Source: Lepidodermella squamata (taxonomy: Eukaryota > Animalia > Gastrotricha). From it: a DNA stretch of 64,000 nt. Position 1 is the first letter of the stretch. Every line of letters begins with the position of its first letter. The notes beneath the pieces are model-generated. The model did no database searches, was not told the origin of the DNA, and saw only the letters and a program-made list of their open reading frames with translations. Positions 47,326-58,838 of this stretch are shown in pieces. The stretch lies in contig JBLDXI010000014.1 in the NCBI GenBank assembly GCA_047495785.1, forward strand, positions 652,653 through 716,652. The letters are read 5' to 3'. The position numbers and the translations under genes are program-made.

Positions 47326-48028
47326 ACCGTTTTGCTAAAAAAAATACAATTTTATAAAAAATATGTATGAAAGGTTAGAATTTAATAATTAAATATGTAT
47401 TATTAAACCCATAAACGCCCAACGGCATCTTTTCCTGCCACCCTATGTTTAAAAAATCATGCAGGGTGACTACAACCCCAGGCTGTCTAAAAGGCATATC
47501 TCCACGTTGGGAAATCGTATCAATTCGGGGAAAACGGATAAATCCCCAGTGTCTCGTAGGCTTGGTGATGAGCTGAGAGCCGCTTTTTGGGACTGTCACC
47601 AAACTGCCATCAAAAAGTGTCATCAAAATCGATTTTGCACGAAGTATCACCTATAACCCAACTGAATGCATTTCTAGATAGATATCATCACGCTGTTGAA
47701 CTTTTTATTTGAGAGCGGCCCTAGCTATCACCGTTCTTGAGATAATCGTCCAGATGTGGCAACAGGTAAGGTCACGTGACAACGTGACACTGGAATATCT
47801 CAATAACGGTAGATGATAAAAATATGCGGTTTTCAGATTCTTCATCCCCTCGTTTTTCTCTATCGGAAAGGCCCGTGTCAATAGGGAAAGAAAAGCGAAA
47901 ATATTTTCCGAAAACATTCTGGGCTTCAACTTCGTAAAAACTATGCTTTGATTATGCAAATTTATGTTTCCATTTATTCTGAAAATTATGGCGAAATTGC
48001 AACAAATATTCTGAATTTTATTATTATA

Positions 48029-49231
48029 TTATGCACTCAGATTCAGCGGTTGTTCATCCAGCAAAATATTGAACAAAAAGTAGCATGTTGCCGTGAAAAG
48101 AATCAGAAAAAATACGACGAAAGCTGAAAAATCAATGAACCGATGCCGCTGCCAGCCATTGAAGCAGCGCAGGAAACGGCGAAATTTCGTTAAAATTTCG
48201 GTTGAACCATCGTAGTTGTTCGTGTAGTAACACATCACAGCAGAATTGAACGTTATCAGCATGCTGAAAACAGACTGAAATACTATGAATTCAGCCAGGA
48301 TAATGCGCTTCGTGCTGCGAGGGATGAACGCTAACAGCTGGACCTCGAGAACACTGAAAGCGAGATAAATCGCCATGGTGAACGCTGTCCTATCAGCTCG
48401 TTGGGGCGGCAAGAAAAAACTTGCCATTTCTACTACGGCGAGGATTAAACACGGAAATATTAAATGCATCAGGTAGAAATCAGGCCGTCGTTCAACAGCT
48501 ATGCCGAATTCAGCCATTGAGGTATCATTAGGCCCCTCTTTAATAGCCTTGTAAGTGCTCAGAAAACTGAACTCATTATTGTTAGCCATGAAATTGGGGT
48601 CTCTCCACACCGTAAGATGAGCGATTGATGTTACAAACGGCTCGAGGGTTCGAATTTTCCCGCTGCATTGCTGCATATCTGAGGGAAATCTTTGCAGGTT
48701 AAGCGGGCATTTGAAAATGAATTCGCCGATCAGGTGCCACGTAAAATCGATCAGCGACCTGCCGTAGCCCCGATGAAACGGTATTATTTGCACCCGAAGC
48801 ATCTCTGACAAGCCAGCAAATCTGAACATGGCCTGTTTGCCGTTGACAAATACCATTCTAGGCCGCCAAACGTCACTGGTTGGCTCGACGTAGAACAGAC
48901 TTTTCTCTTGCTCATCGAAGAAAGCCGTTAAATTCGAACAATCAGCCCTCCAGCTTATTTGGATGTCGCCATTAATTGACAAAGTCTCAGATACAGCGTC
49001 GATGCTGTTGAATCGATAAATTTCAACGTGGACTGAAATGTTTAAAATATCATCCGGGAAGGGCGTGACGAGCTCGGGCGAGAAGTTCGGACACTTTCGC
49101 AGCAGATCTCGAGCCGTTCTAATGCTACCCTGTGGAAGACCATCGATGAATTTAATTCGGTCTTTCGATGTCATCACAGAGCCTGCTGGTGAAGTCCATA
49201 AAATCAGCAAGACTATAGCTCTATAACTCAT
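48029..49231 (-). CDS. Divergent Cys-loop ligand-gated ion channel subunit, intronless (paralogue of 44182-45423)
   Basis: CPNFSPEL, WRPRM, CPLNLQRFPSDMQQC and 4 TM helices. Confidence 0.85.
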   Translation of the reverse strand: MSYRAIVLLILWTSPAGSVMTSKDRIKFIDGLPQGSIRTARDLLRKCPNFSPELVTPFPDDILNISVHVEIYRFNSIDAVSETLSINGDIQISWRADCSNLTAFFDEQEKSLFYVEPTSDVWRPRMVFVNGKQAMFRFAGLSEMLRVQIIPFHRGYGRSLIDFTWHLIGEFIFKCPLNLQRFPSDMQQCSGKIRTLEPFVTSIAHLTVWRDPNFMANNNEFSFLSTYKAIKEGPNDTSMAEFGIAVERRPDFYLMHLIFPCLILAVVEMASFFLPPQRADRTAFTMAIYLAFSVLEVQLLAFIPRSTKRIILAEFIVFQSVFSMLITFNSAVMCYYTNNYDGSTEILTKFRRFLRCFNGWQRHRFIDFSAFVVFFLILFTATCYFLFNILLDEQPLNLSA

Positions 49232-49393
49232 TTCGATTTTTTACAAAGAAATGTAGTGGAAAAATCTAACGTCAGATCAGGATTTTGCTCTAAACAGGAT
49301 ATTGAAAAATTGTTTGACAAGTGTTGCTGTTCAATTTCGAATTTCCTCTCGTGCGTGCTGATTTATTTTCTAAAAAATGTGAATCGTCGATAA

Positions 49394-50563
49394 TCAAGGC
49401 GATTTTGAGCAAGATTTACAATTGCAAAGCTGCTTTTGCAGTAATAAATAGCCAACAGGCAAGCTTTTGTTTGATTGCAGTTCTGACCTGAAAATAGGTA
49501 GAAAACTTATTTTTATTAAATCGGAATTATCAACTTTTACCATAGGTGGTCAGCAGTAGTCCAAGTGTCACAGGCACTGCTTGTCTCTTCGATGTTGGCC
49601 AGCAACACGCGATTTCCATTAACGCAACAAACAGGTAGAAACAATTCACCGGATCGGACCATTATCTGCTTTTTCGACGAGCATGTTACCGATTTGAGAT
49701 CTGCCAAAAATTTCTCCTTGGAAATTTCACTCGTCAAGCGTTCGATTAGATCTAATCCGTTGCACTTTGCGAAACATTTGGCGTCTTCAAATGTCAAACC
49801 ACCCTTGGTCGGGTCTCGCGAGTAGCCTTTCGGATGTTCGATTTTCGAGAGGACAAAGTACCCTCGAGGCCGACCGGTTTCGCTATCAGGAGGTGCCATT
49901 GCATCCCTTTAAAAAATTATTTTAAAAATATACTCAATGATTTGATAATTTTATATACCAAAGTTGATCAACAGTCGCCCAGTAAGAAGGATATTTGAAT
50001 CGTGCAACGTCTAGAACTAATGCGGAAGCCTTTTCTTCATTAAAGCAACCTATCGGGGAGTAATGGCCATCGCCAGTCTGTTTCAAGCCCTTCCTCGAGT
50101 AAGACACTACGACGTGTTTATTCCGGCTCGAAGTTGCCGACTTGAGATCGTTAACAAACTGCTGTTTTGTTGTCTCGTCGTATCGATGGGCCTCGACCTG
50201 GAGACCGTTGCATTTGGCTAGGCACATGAATTCAGCCAGGGTGATGCCCTTCTGCTTGATAACGTCAATTGGCACGCAGCAGTCTAACATTTCATCAGCG
50301 TACCACCGCCAGACTCCCTTCCAAACTCGACCTGGGTCGACCTCCAGGGCATTCAGCACCATTGAAAGAGATCCAAGGCCGCAAAAGGCTGGTTCAGACT
50401 GGGTTGTGAAGTTCTCGACCAGGTCGAAGTAACCCTCGGCGTATCCTTCAGCTAAGGCTTCCTTAAAGTATTGTCGCCCAAGATCCGAGGAGAAAGAGAT
50501 CAAATTAGGAGGTAGAGGACGACGGTAGTACGTTACGGGATTTTGAGCTGGGACTTCAGTCAT
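49394..50563 (-). CDS. Phytochelatin synthase (copy 2), 3 exons
   Basis: Same catalytic motifs and intron positions as copy 1. C-terminal CNCKSC. Confidence 0.92.
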
Positions 50564-51274
50564 TATTTAATTTGAAAATCGCAATATGGTTTAGGAAGCT
50601 ATAGGATTGAAACGAATTATTCGAGGAAATTGAGTAGAAGAAAAAAGCACAAGAAAGCAAAAAATCTGCCTTAATTTCAGATGCCATGTACCGGATAAGA
50701 CTTCCATTCATAAGAGCAGAGGAACTGAAAGTACTCATAGACACATAGAGAATAGAGTTATCTATAAAAACTCTATTCTCTATGCCTATAGACAGTGTCA
50801 GGCTCTTCAGCCGATGATTCATACACTCACTACTTGGATTAGCGCTTATCGAACAAGCCCCGCCTTCTTTATGTCAACGACCGCGCGACCAGACCCTGCA
50901 AAAAATAATGGGACTGCAAATCGAGCTTATTAGAATGCCACTCCAAATTCTGAGCCAATTTACTATTTCGTGAGTGCAATGAATTCCATCTTACACCTAT
51001 TTTACGGCTACCCACCGGAAATTATTCTGAACAACTAGATACATCCTGACGTAGAAGTTCGTGAAAACTTGACACAACAAGCACAGGGTGTACAAACGAA
51101 AGGTACACTCGTGGCGAAGCTCAACTTCCATATACGCTGGAAAAGCGGATCAACCGTTCGAGCCAGCGAAACAAAGAGTTGTTCATTCATCTCAAACGAG
51201 CATTAAACTTTATTCAAAACTGGTTTCGACACGTGGCTCCACACGTTCTATAATATAAACAACACATTTGTTTA

Positions 51275-52503
51275 TTACGCCACGAGGTTCACACGTGCGA
51301 CCAGGTACAAATGTTCACCAACAAAGATAACGAAGAATAACAAGAAAGCAAAAAAATCACATTGCCGCGACATGGTCAGACCCTTGAAAAAGCCTCTGCT
51401 TAGCAGGTGAGAGCTCTTGTTTTGGCCTGTCTCCTTCAGATGGTCATATACGCCGACCATAAACGTGACGTAGATGCACATGAGCGTGCTCGAGGCTATA
51501 TTCACATTGAAGTAGACCAATAAGGCGACTACAACTGCTGAATCGGGAATGCTTCGGCGAGTATCGGTTTGTAAAATAACGAAAGCCAATAGTAATGTCG
51601 TTGAAAACACCTGAAAAATTATATTGAACAATTTCCAAAAAAACCCGAACATTTTACCGGTCTATCTGGCATTCTAGCTGGCATGGCTAGAATAGATAAT
51701 TGAAGGACAGTTAGCGAAATGGTTGGTACTATTATTGTGAAGACATAAGGCACCCAGATACGCTTCATATCAAGCGTTACAGTCATTTTAGACCAACACT
51801 GCACTTCATTTCCATCTGATAGCGTAAAACACTCATCGGCGTGAACTTCAGCATTGGCACTGACAAAGGCCCAATGGTCTGTTTTTTGCGTTATCACCTT
51901 ATTCGCGCTGAGATACTCGACTTTAACGCTGCTTAGGTTGGTTAGCCGATCGTGTAGCCACATTTCGAAGACGAAATCACATCGTTGAGTGTCGAAGGGG
52001 AACAATTCGTGGTTCATGGAACATTTTGCTCGCCACAAACCGCCCGCGTTTGTGATTACCGTGCCGTCTGAATAAACGCCGATAGGATATCCAGCCATGT
52101 TCTCATCTACGACAAGTATCGACTCGGTCGCGCTGTTCATGAATACCAATTTCGGTTTCCACATTTGAATAGCATAAGCGCCGTCGATTGTTAGGTAAAT
52201 CGGCGATCCTGATGAGCTCTCGTTGAAATAGGGCCACAATTGTCTAGCAATTCTGTAGTAGCAACCGTCAAGCCAGCTCATAACGAGATTCGCCTTCACA
52301 GCTACAGTCTGGCTGATATCTTCGATTTCGTCGAAATTGTAAAACCGGAACTTTGCCTTGATTTCGACTGTTTTATTCGAGCGAGCGAATGGGTCGCAAA
52401 GCAATGGATTTTGAACAATTTGCTCTTCGTGTTGTACTTCGTCACCAGCTGAAACGACGCCAGGTAGAATGCAGCATATTATTAGGAGGATTGAACTTGG
52501 CAT
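51275..52503 (-). CDS. Divergent Cys-loop ligand-gated ion channel subunit, 2 exons
   Basis: Signal peptide from MPSSILL, MWKPKL and CSMNHELFPFDTQRC. An intron between PDRP and VFSTT lies in M2. Confidence 0.8.
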
Positions 52504-54321
52504 TAGCTCATTTGTTGTAATGCCAACAGAAACTGGTGCGTGAATTATAGTAAATTTTTGGACTACCTTGGTATTAAAATTGAAAATTATGCGCAGACAC
52601 ATTCAGGTTGTTAAGGGATTGAAGCTTTACTCAGAGGCCATAAATATTAAATTTGAAAATTATGTGTAGCCGCGTTTAGCTTGCAGAGTGATTGAAACCT
52701 CCCAGGGATATACTTTTGAAATGGACATATCCTATTAATGACAAAGGTACAATTTACTCGGGAAAATTGAAAAATGACAAATACCGCCTACGGTTTAAAT
52801 TAACGTAACTAGGAGATTGTGAACAATCCATTAATTGAAGATCGGGTTCGAATTATTCACCTGTTATCAGAGGAAAGTTGCAAAATTCGAGAATTTGATT
52901 AAAGGTAGTAGGGAATCGGGACATGCATATGCGGAAATAGTTTCTGCTAAAGAGTTGCTGATAGGATGGTCAACTATAATAGGTCTACTATAGGTTTTCA
53001 ATGTGGCAATTGAGCAAATAATAAAATCGCTTGTTCATTACGACGTATACGTAACTGCAGCTGCATGGGAAGTCTAGCGACAATAACATATACTTTTACT
53101 CGCCCAACAATGTTTACCATGTAAATTTGCTGATATAGATTTTTTCAAGAATCTTCATGCAACTGGCTCCTTATATTGACAGAGCAAGATAAAAAATTAC
53201 GCTCCTCAAATCACAAAACGATGTAACATTGATTTTCCAATGACGCTTTCCATGATTGATATTGCGTGATTCAGACGTCTGTCAACCTCTCGGCTACAAC
53301 TTCAAGACTCCGAATTCACCCGGACTTCCGATCGAGTCCCCCCTCGGCCCCGCGGTGGTTTTACCAATCCATCGCGTTACAAAATAGAAAATTGGGAGGC
53401 TGGGAGTGTCAGCTAGACTGCACCAGTCGAAATCCGTCATACGGAAATGTTCATCTCAATCTCTTACGATAAGACCTAGGGTTAGAGTAAGTGGCATGCC
53501 CTTCTAGTCCTCAAAGTTCGCTTTGAAAAAGAAATTATTATTAGTATTATTATTATTACAATTGGAAAATTGAATAATCACAAATATGTTTATATCAACG
53601 TTACTGTATAGGCGATGGTCAACAATTCTTTCATTATTCCCGCTATTTACTGCCATTTAAATGCGAATTTTGGCTCAAATTTGTTATCAAACGATTACTC
53701 GACCGGTCCATCGGTATATTGAACGTAGATGTTCCAGTTTTCGGCGAAAACATTCAAGGTTTTGTGGTTTTCTGGTCAAGTAAAAGTAATTGTGGCTCTA
53801 GGTTGCTAGTCTCATAAAATTGAAGTTTAGATCACTGAATTGTTGAGAGTAATCGTGTGATATCCAATTACAGCCGAAATTCGCAAAATTCAATTTTATG
53901 CGAAATATTTATTAATTAGCTTCGGATGGCACTTTTGGATGGCATTAGTCCATTCACGACTTGGTTGTCTATTTTTCTATTTTTTATTAATACAATTTTT
54001 TATGTATCTCTTGGATGTATGGTTGCTCGGAATCTAATTACGTTTCCAAAAATGACAAGCAAATTTTACTGGTGTGTTCCTAAACCTGATATATCACACG
54101 CACGCATCTTCATCGAGAAAAAGCCACAGGTCATCTATAATTATTGTTGGTATGTGCAGCTATATTATTATACATAAAGTGTAAACACGTGCCTTGAGCC
54201 GGGAGGCCGGTCAGTACATGTTGAAAAGAGTATCTCTATCATAGCTGGATCATCAGGCTCCTAAAGAGCTAAGGTAGCTATTACATGCACCTAATAACAA
54301 TAGTATAGCTTCATCGAAATT

Positions 54322-55077
54322 ATGATACAGCTCTTCCTGGTTATTATCGCCGCTGCCTTTAATTTTGGGCCATCCTCCGCTGGCCAGATCGTTCTATCTG
54401 AGGAGAGTATCGTTGAAATCCATCCTAATAATAACAGGCCCGAAACTGGCGATGCGTTGACAGAAGACGCGTTGAGGTCGATTTTGACCTCTGAAATTCA
54501 GCAGCAATTTATTCGAAATTCCGGCTATGAACCCGAGAGATTCGAACTCATGATATCGGCCACTCAACGCCTGGCAAATTATCCTCTATCCGTTTTCTAC
54601 TTGGTCAAGGTTCAATTAAGCGACCACGAATTTGCTCATTTACGGATTCTTCAGCAGCCGCGGAGGACCATGAAACTAGTGACATATGAACGAAATCGCT
54701 CGTTGAGTGAGCCGATTTTACTGGTCGATAACTTTGAGGGGCAAATAGTTGCTAGCCCTGATGAGGACGAGGTTAATTTGGGCCGTAAACTGGTCCTAGA
54801 CGACGAGCAGCCGGCAACGCCTGGTGCTCAAGCTATGGCCGACGCGATGAAAAACGATTACTTGTACATGTCGGGTAGGCGGTCCGCGCCGCGGTTCTTG
54901 GCCATCAGGCAGCGATTTGTGACGAGTCAGGATGAAGAGCCGATGCTGCTGTTGATCAAAGTGCAGACTGACCGGCGAAGTTACGCGCATCTTCAGATCT
55001 CGCTGAATTCTAACACGCCACGCTTGGTGGCGTTCAAAGACAGAAGAACTTGGCAGGAACCTCTTGAAATCATTTGA
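54322..55077 (+). CDS. Secreted two-domain stefin/cystatin-like protein, degenerate
   Basis: Signal peptide and two repeats of YLVKVQL....AHL.I.......L......R...EP(I/L). The QVVAG motif is absent. Confidence 0.7.
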   Translation: MIQLFLVIIAAAFNFGPSSAGQIVLSEESIVEIHPNNNRPETGDALTEDALRSILTSEIQQQFIRNSGYEPERFELMISATQRLANYPLSVFYLVKVQLSDHEFAHLRILQQPRRTMKLVTYERNRSLSEPILLVDNFEGQIVASPDEDEVNLGRKLVLDDEQPATPGAQAMADAMKNDYLYMSGRRSAPRFLAIRQRFVTSQDEEPMLLLIKVQTDRRSYAHLQISLNSNTPRLVAFKDRRTWQEPLEII

Positions 55078-55756
55078 ATAAATCTTTATATTTTTTCGTT
55101 CTTTTGCACCTTCGTCTTTTGTTCGCCAAACCAGAAATAAAGCGTACCCTGAAAATTCAGCGGGGTTTAGGGGTTCCGCAGCGGCATAGCATCGTGTTTT
55201 CTCCCATCAACTCTGAAAGCGTGGCAACATTTATTCCACATTCGAATTATCTCTAAAAAGTGCGAGAAATGAATGAAAATCAGCCATGGTGAAAGGTTAC
55301 AACATTCATGTTTATAAGCCTTTGCGCTGTGCTGTCTAACCCTACTTTTCTTTCACCTTGAGGTGGAGCAACTAGGTTCTGAAGCCCACCTCATGGAACA
55401 TTCGCACGTTCCGCGTCTCAGGTTGCTAATCTCTCACATGTCCAACAATATAACCATACATTCGCTACGGTCGAATCGACTGATTTTTTGCAAGCAGTCC
55501 TTTTTGAAATATTCTTAACCAACTTTCAGCTGAAAAAATATTTATGAAAGTAATTATTTTGTTAGGATGTTTGTCCTACATTCGATATACCGGCGTCACC
55601 GTGTTTCATCCCCACTATTATTATGAAATGTACGCAGTGTTCCTCCTTACTCCCCGTAAACAGAGAATAGGAAATTAATTGTCAATGTTTATACAATGCA
55701 ATTTTGAAGCCTCACACATTTGGGGATAACATCTTCGACAACGTTATATCCTTGTC

Positions 55757-56974
55757 ATGCTTAAATCAATTTTTAAAGCCTTCGTTTCCTTAGCGTGTTG
55801 TTTTCTTCTGACCCTTGCGGAGAATGAGATTGACTTGAACGAGACTACAAGCAGTACGACGTCCTTGACGACGTCGCCTCTTGAGGACAGATTTCCTGAT
55901 GAAATGATGTTCGATTCACAAGCTTTATATGATCCTAATGAAGTTCTCAGGATATGTCCGAATTTTTCGCCTTATCGTTACAGTCCACACACAAGCCGGG
56001 GCTCACCTCTACTTATAGCTGTTCGATACGATCCGTACAGCTTTAACGGAATTGACGGTGCTGCTGAGGTTGCGTCAATCACGGGCCTCCTCCAATTTCT
56101 ATGGTCCCCGGTCTGTTTGGGCTGGCGAAGTATGCATAACAGAACATTTTCAATTGTTCAAATGAGACCGCCGGACATCATGTGGATGCCGAAAATCCTC
56201 TTCCGTGGAAACTCAGAATTGTCCATTCAATCCAGTGGTAACAATCAAGAGCTATTGCTGCATTTTTTTCCCCGCCGAACACCCGACGAAATGTTTTCTT
56301 TTAGCTGGTCGGTAACAGGCGAATTCGTTTCATACTGTGGCTTAGATTTACGAAAATTCCCTGCCGATACGCAGCAATGCTCTTTCAATTTCCAGTTAGG
56401 CGCGTTGCCTATGGATTTCAAATTCGCTTCTTTTAGTTTGGGAGCTCAAGTAAAAGACTCGTGGAATGCTGAATGGAAGGTCCTTTACTACAACGCAAGC
56501 ATTATCAAGGGCTACTACGCCGGTTTCCCAGCTGTTTCAATTACAGTGGTTATCAAAAGGGTTCCGGACTTTTACTTGTACCATCTCGTCGCCCCGTGTT
56601 TCGTTCTAGCTATCATGGAAATGTGCAGTTTTGCCTTACCTCCTGAAACATCAGAACGGGCATCTTATACCCTAACAATCTACCTAGCTTTTGCTGTGCT
56701 TGAATCCCAACTAATCATGATGATACCGAAGACCCCACAGAAAATGCTGATAGCTGACTTGATTCTTTTCCAAGCTGCTTTTTCGATGATGATCACAATT
56801 TATTCCGCGCTATTGTGCCTATTCGTCCATGTCAGACCGGCGACGGCAGCGAAAAACATTGCGCGGAACATCCGACTAAGTTTTCACGCTATTCTTGACA
56901 TTTCTTTCTTCATCATCTTTGCATTAACTTTAATCGTTGCTACTGCTTACTTTATATCAGCTATTTTGGATTAG
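55757..56974 (+). CDS. Divergent Cys-loop ligand-gated ion channel subunit, intronless
   Basis: CPNFSP, MWMPKI, CGLDLRKFPADTQQC, SERASY and 4 TM helices. Confidence 0.85.
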   Translation: MLKSIFKAFVSLACCFLLTLAENEIDLNETTSSTTSLTTSPLEDRFPDEMMFDSQALYDPNEVLRICPNFSPYRYSPHTSRGSPLLIAVRYDPYSFNGIDGAAEVASITGLLQFLWSPVCLGWRSMHNRTFSIVQMRPPDIMWMPKILFRGNSELSIQSSGNNQELLLHFFPRRTPDEMFSFSWSVTGEFVSYCGLDLRKFPADTQQCSFNFQLGALPMDFKFASFSLGAQVKDSWNAEWKVLYYNASIIKGYYAGFPAVSITVVIKRVPDFYLYHLVAPCFVLAIMEMCSFALPPETSERASYTLTIYLAFAVLESQLIMMIPKTPQKMLIADLILFQAAFSMMITIYSALLCLFVHVRPATAAKNIARNIRLSFHAILDISFFIIFALTLIVATAYFISAILD

Positions 56975-57175
56975 ACGGGTAGTTATACCAAATATTTGTC
57001 ATCTCACGCATTTCGGTAATATGTTCTCACACGGTATCAGCGGTATATTCCGAAGCTTTTAATTATTTCAATATCGCTGACTGATTGTATAAGGCAACGC
57101 TTTCGCACGTGACTCACCATTCCATCGGAATAAACAGCAAGAATAAATATTAGGTCTGATTCGCGCTGATTAAAA

Positions 57176-58450
57176 ATGTTTCCAGGTGCTGTGAGAGGAG
57201 AAAATTGTTTTATTCAAATCATTTTGACAATGATTTTGCTGGATAAAATTTGTTATTGCATCCAAGGTTTACTTATACTTGTCATCGTCATGCTGGCAGG
57301 TGCGCTGGTCGATGTGGCTTATGCGGATGAAGCTCTTTCTGAGCAGGAAAGATTCCCACAGTCAATGACTATTGACCCTCTAGCCGTCTATGACCCTTCC
57401 GAAATCTTGAGTAATTGTCCCAACTTCTCTCCTTGGCGATTCAGTCCCCTGACAAAGAGTGCTCCTCCATTGGAGATAAAAGTCCGTTACGAGTCTTATA
57501 GCTTCAATGGAATCGATAGCACTGCAGAGGTTGCATCAATAACTGGCTTACTCGAATTCCAATGGATGCCGTTATGCAGCAATTGGCAGTATTTTCGGAA
57601 TCGGTCTCGGCCTTCAAAAATCGAATGCGATCCACCGAGCATAATGTGGCGGCCGAAAATCATTTTCCGGGGAAATAACAAGGCTTCCCTCAAATCGGAC
57701 GACCGTGACGAAAGGCTTTCAATTTTTTTTACGACAAACAATCCAGCAGACGAAATGTTCGGGTTTCGATGGTCATTGAGGGGCGAATTCGTGTCGTATT
57801 GCAAATTGAATTTGCGCAAATTCCCAGCCGATACACAGCGGTGTTCTTTCAGTTTTCAGCTGGGGGAAATTGGTTTCGAATTCAAGCTTACAGACTTTAT
57901 TCTATATTCTTCTTCATCACCAGAATCGTGGAACGCTGAATGGAGTGTTATCTCTTATAATGCAAGTATCGTGAAAAACTATTTCATTCCTGGTGTTCCG
58001 GCTGCAGTTATAACGGTAACGGCAGTTAGGAGACCGGAATTCTATCTCTACCATCTCGTTGCGCCGTGTTTTGTTCTTGCTATCCTGGAAATGTGCAGCT
58101 TTTTCCTGCCATCTGAAACGTCAGAACGGGCTACATACACCTTGACCATCTACCTGGCATTTGCTGTGCTTGAATCACAGCTGATCACGATGATCCCTAA
58201 AACGCCACAGAAAATGCTGATAGCTGACTTGATTCTTTTCCAAGCCGTTTTTTCAATGATGTGCACAATTTACTCGGCTTTGCTGTGCCTTTTCGTCAAC
58301 TCGAAGCCGAATTTGGCTCAGAAAAAAATCTCATTGTTCGGTAAGGTGAAGTTTTGTTTCCAGTCACTGTTGGATTTCTGCTTTTTCATAATCTTCGCAT
58401 CCGCTTTGATTGCTGCTACGATTTACTTCATATCGTCTATTATGGAGTAG
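57176..58450 (+). CDS. Divergent Cys-loop ligand-gated ion channel subunit, intronless (tandem paralogue; true start may be a downstream ATG)
   Basis: CKLNLRKFPADTQRC. The TM region is nearly identical to 55757-56974. Confidence 0.85.
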   Translation: MFPGAVRGENCFIQIILTMILLDKICYCIQGLLILVIVMLAGALVDVAYADEALSEQERFPQSMTIDPLAVYDPSEILSNCPNFSPWRFSPLTKSAPPLEIKVRYESYSFNGIDSTAEVASITGLLEFQWMPLCSNWQYFRNRSRPSKIECDPPSIMWRPKIIFRGNNKASLKSDDRDERLSIFFTTNNPADEMFGFRWSLRGEFVSYCKLNLRKFPADTQRCSFSFQLGEIGFEFKLTDFILYSSSSPESWNAEWSVISYNASIVKNYFIPGVPAAVITVTAVRRPEFYLYHLVAPCFVLAILEMCSFFLPSETSERATYTLTIYLAFAVLESQLITMIPKTPQKMLIADLILFQAVFSMMCTIYSALLCLFVNSKPNLAQKKISLFGKVKFCFQSLLDFCFFIIFASALIAATIYFISSIME

Positions 58451-58838
58451 GTTGGGAATATTAATTGTTGTCAATCAAATTTTTATAAAATCACTATACT
58501 CGTGAAGAAGGTGAATATTATCACGAAATCACAAAAAATATTTTAAAATAGAACTTTTCATTCGAAATCCAGTGATTTTTTAAAACAAAATTGAACTCGA
58601 AAATCTCGCAATCTTGTTCTCAATTTCAAAAAATACCGGCCGAAAATTGTGAAGTGAAAATTCTTGAGAAATCATTGCTTGTTTTCATTCACTTCATTTA
58701 AACAATTCCTTTCATTGTTTATTGCTTTGAATTAATCAAGCATACTTTGGTTAGCGGATATTCGCTAACCCGTCAAAAAGCCAAAGCGTCTCCCAAAAAT
58801 GTTGGGAATGTGATGTTGTAGTTTCCGCTGATAAAAAT

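Noticed and set aside
47400-48000. piggyBac-like end (TTAAACCC...) and short ORFs
   Set aside because: No matching inverted partner found in the window, and the ORFs have no recognisable domain.
52600-54300. Short ORFs at 53266-53472 and 53926-54177
   Set aside because: No domain, signal or splice support; probably intergenic.
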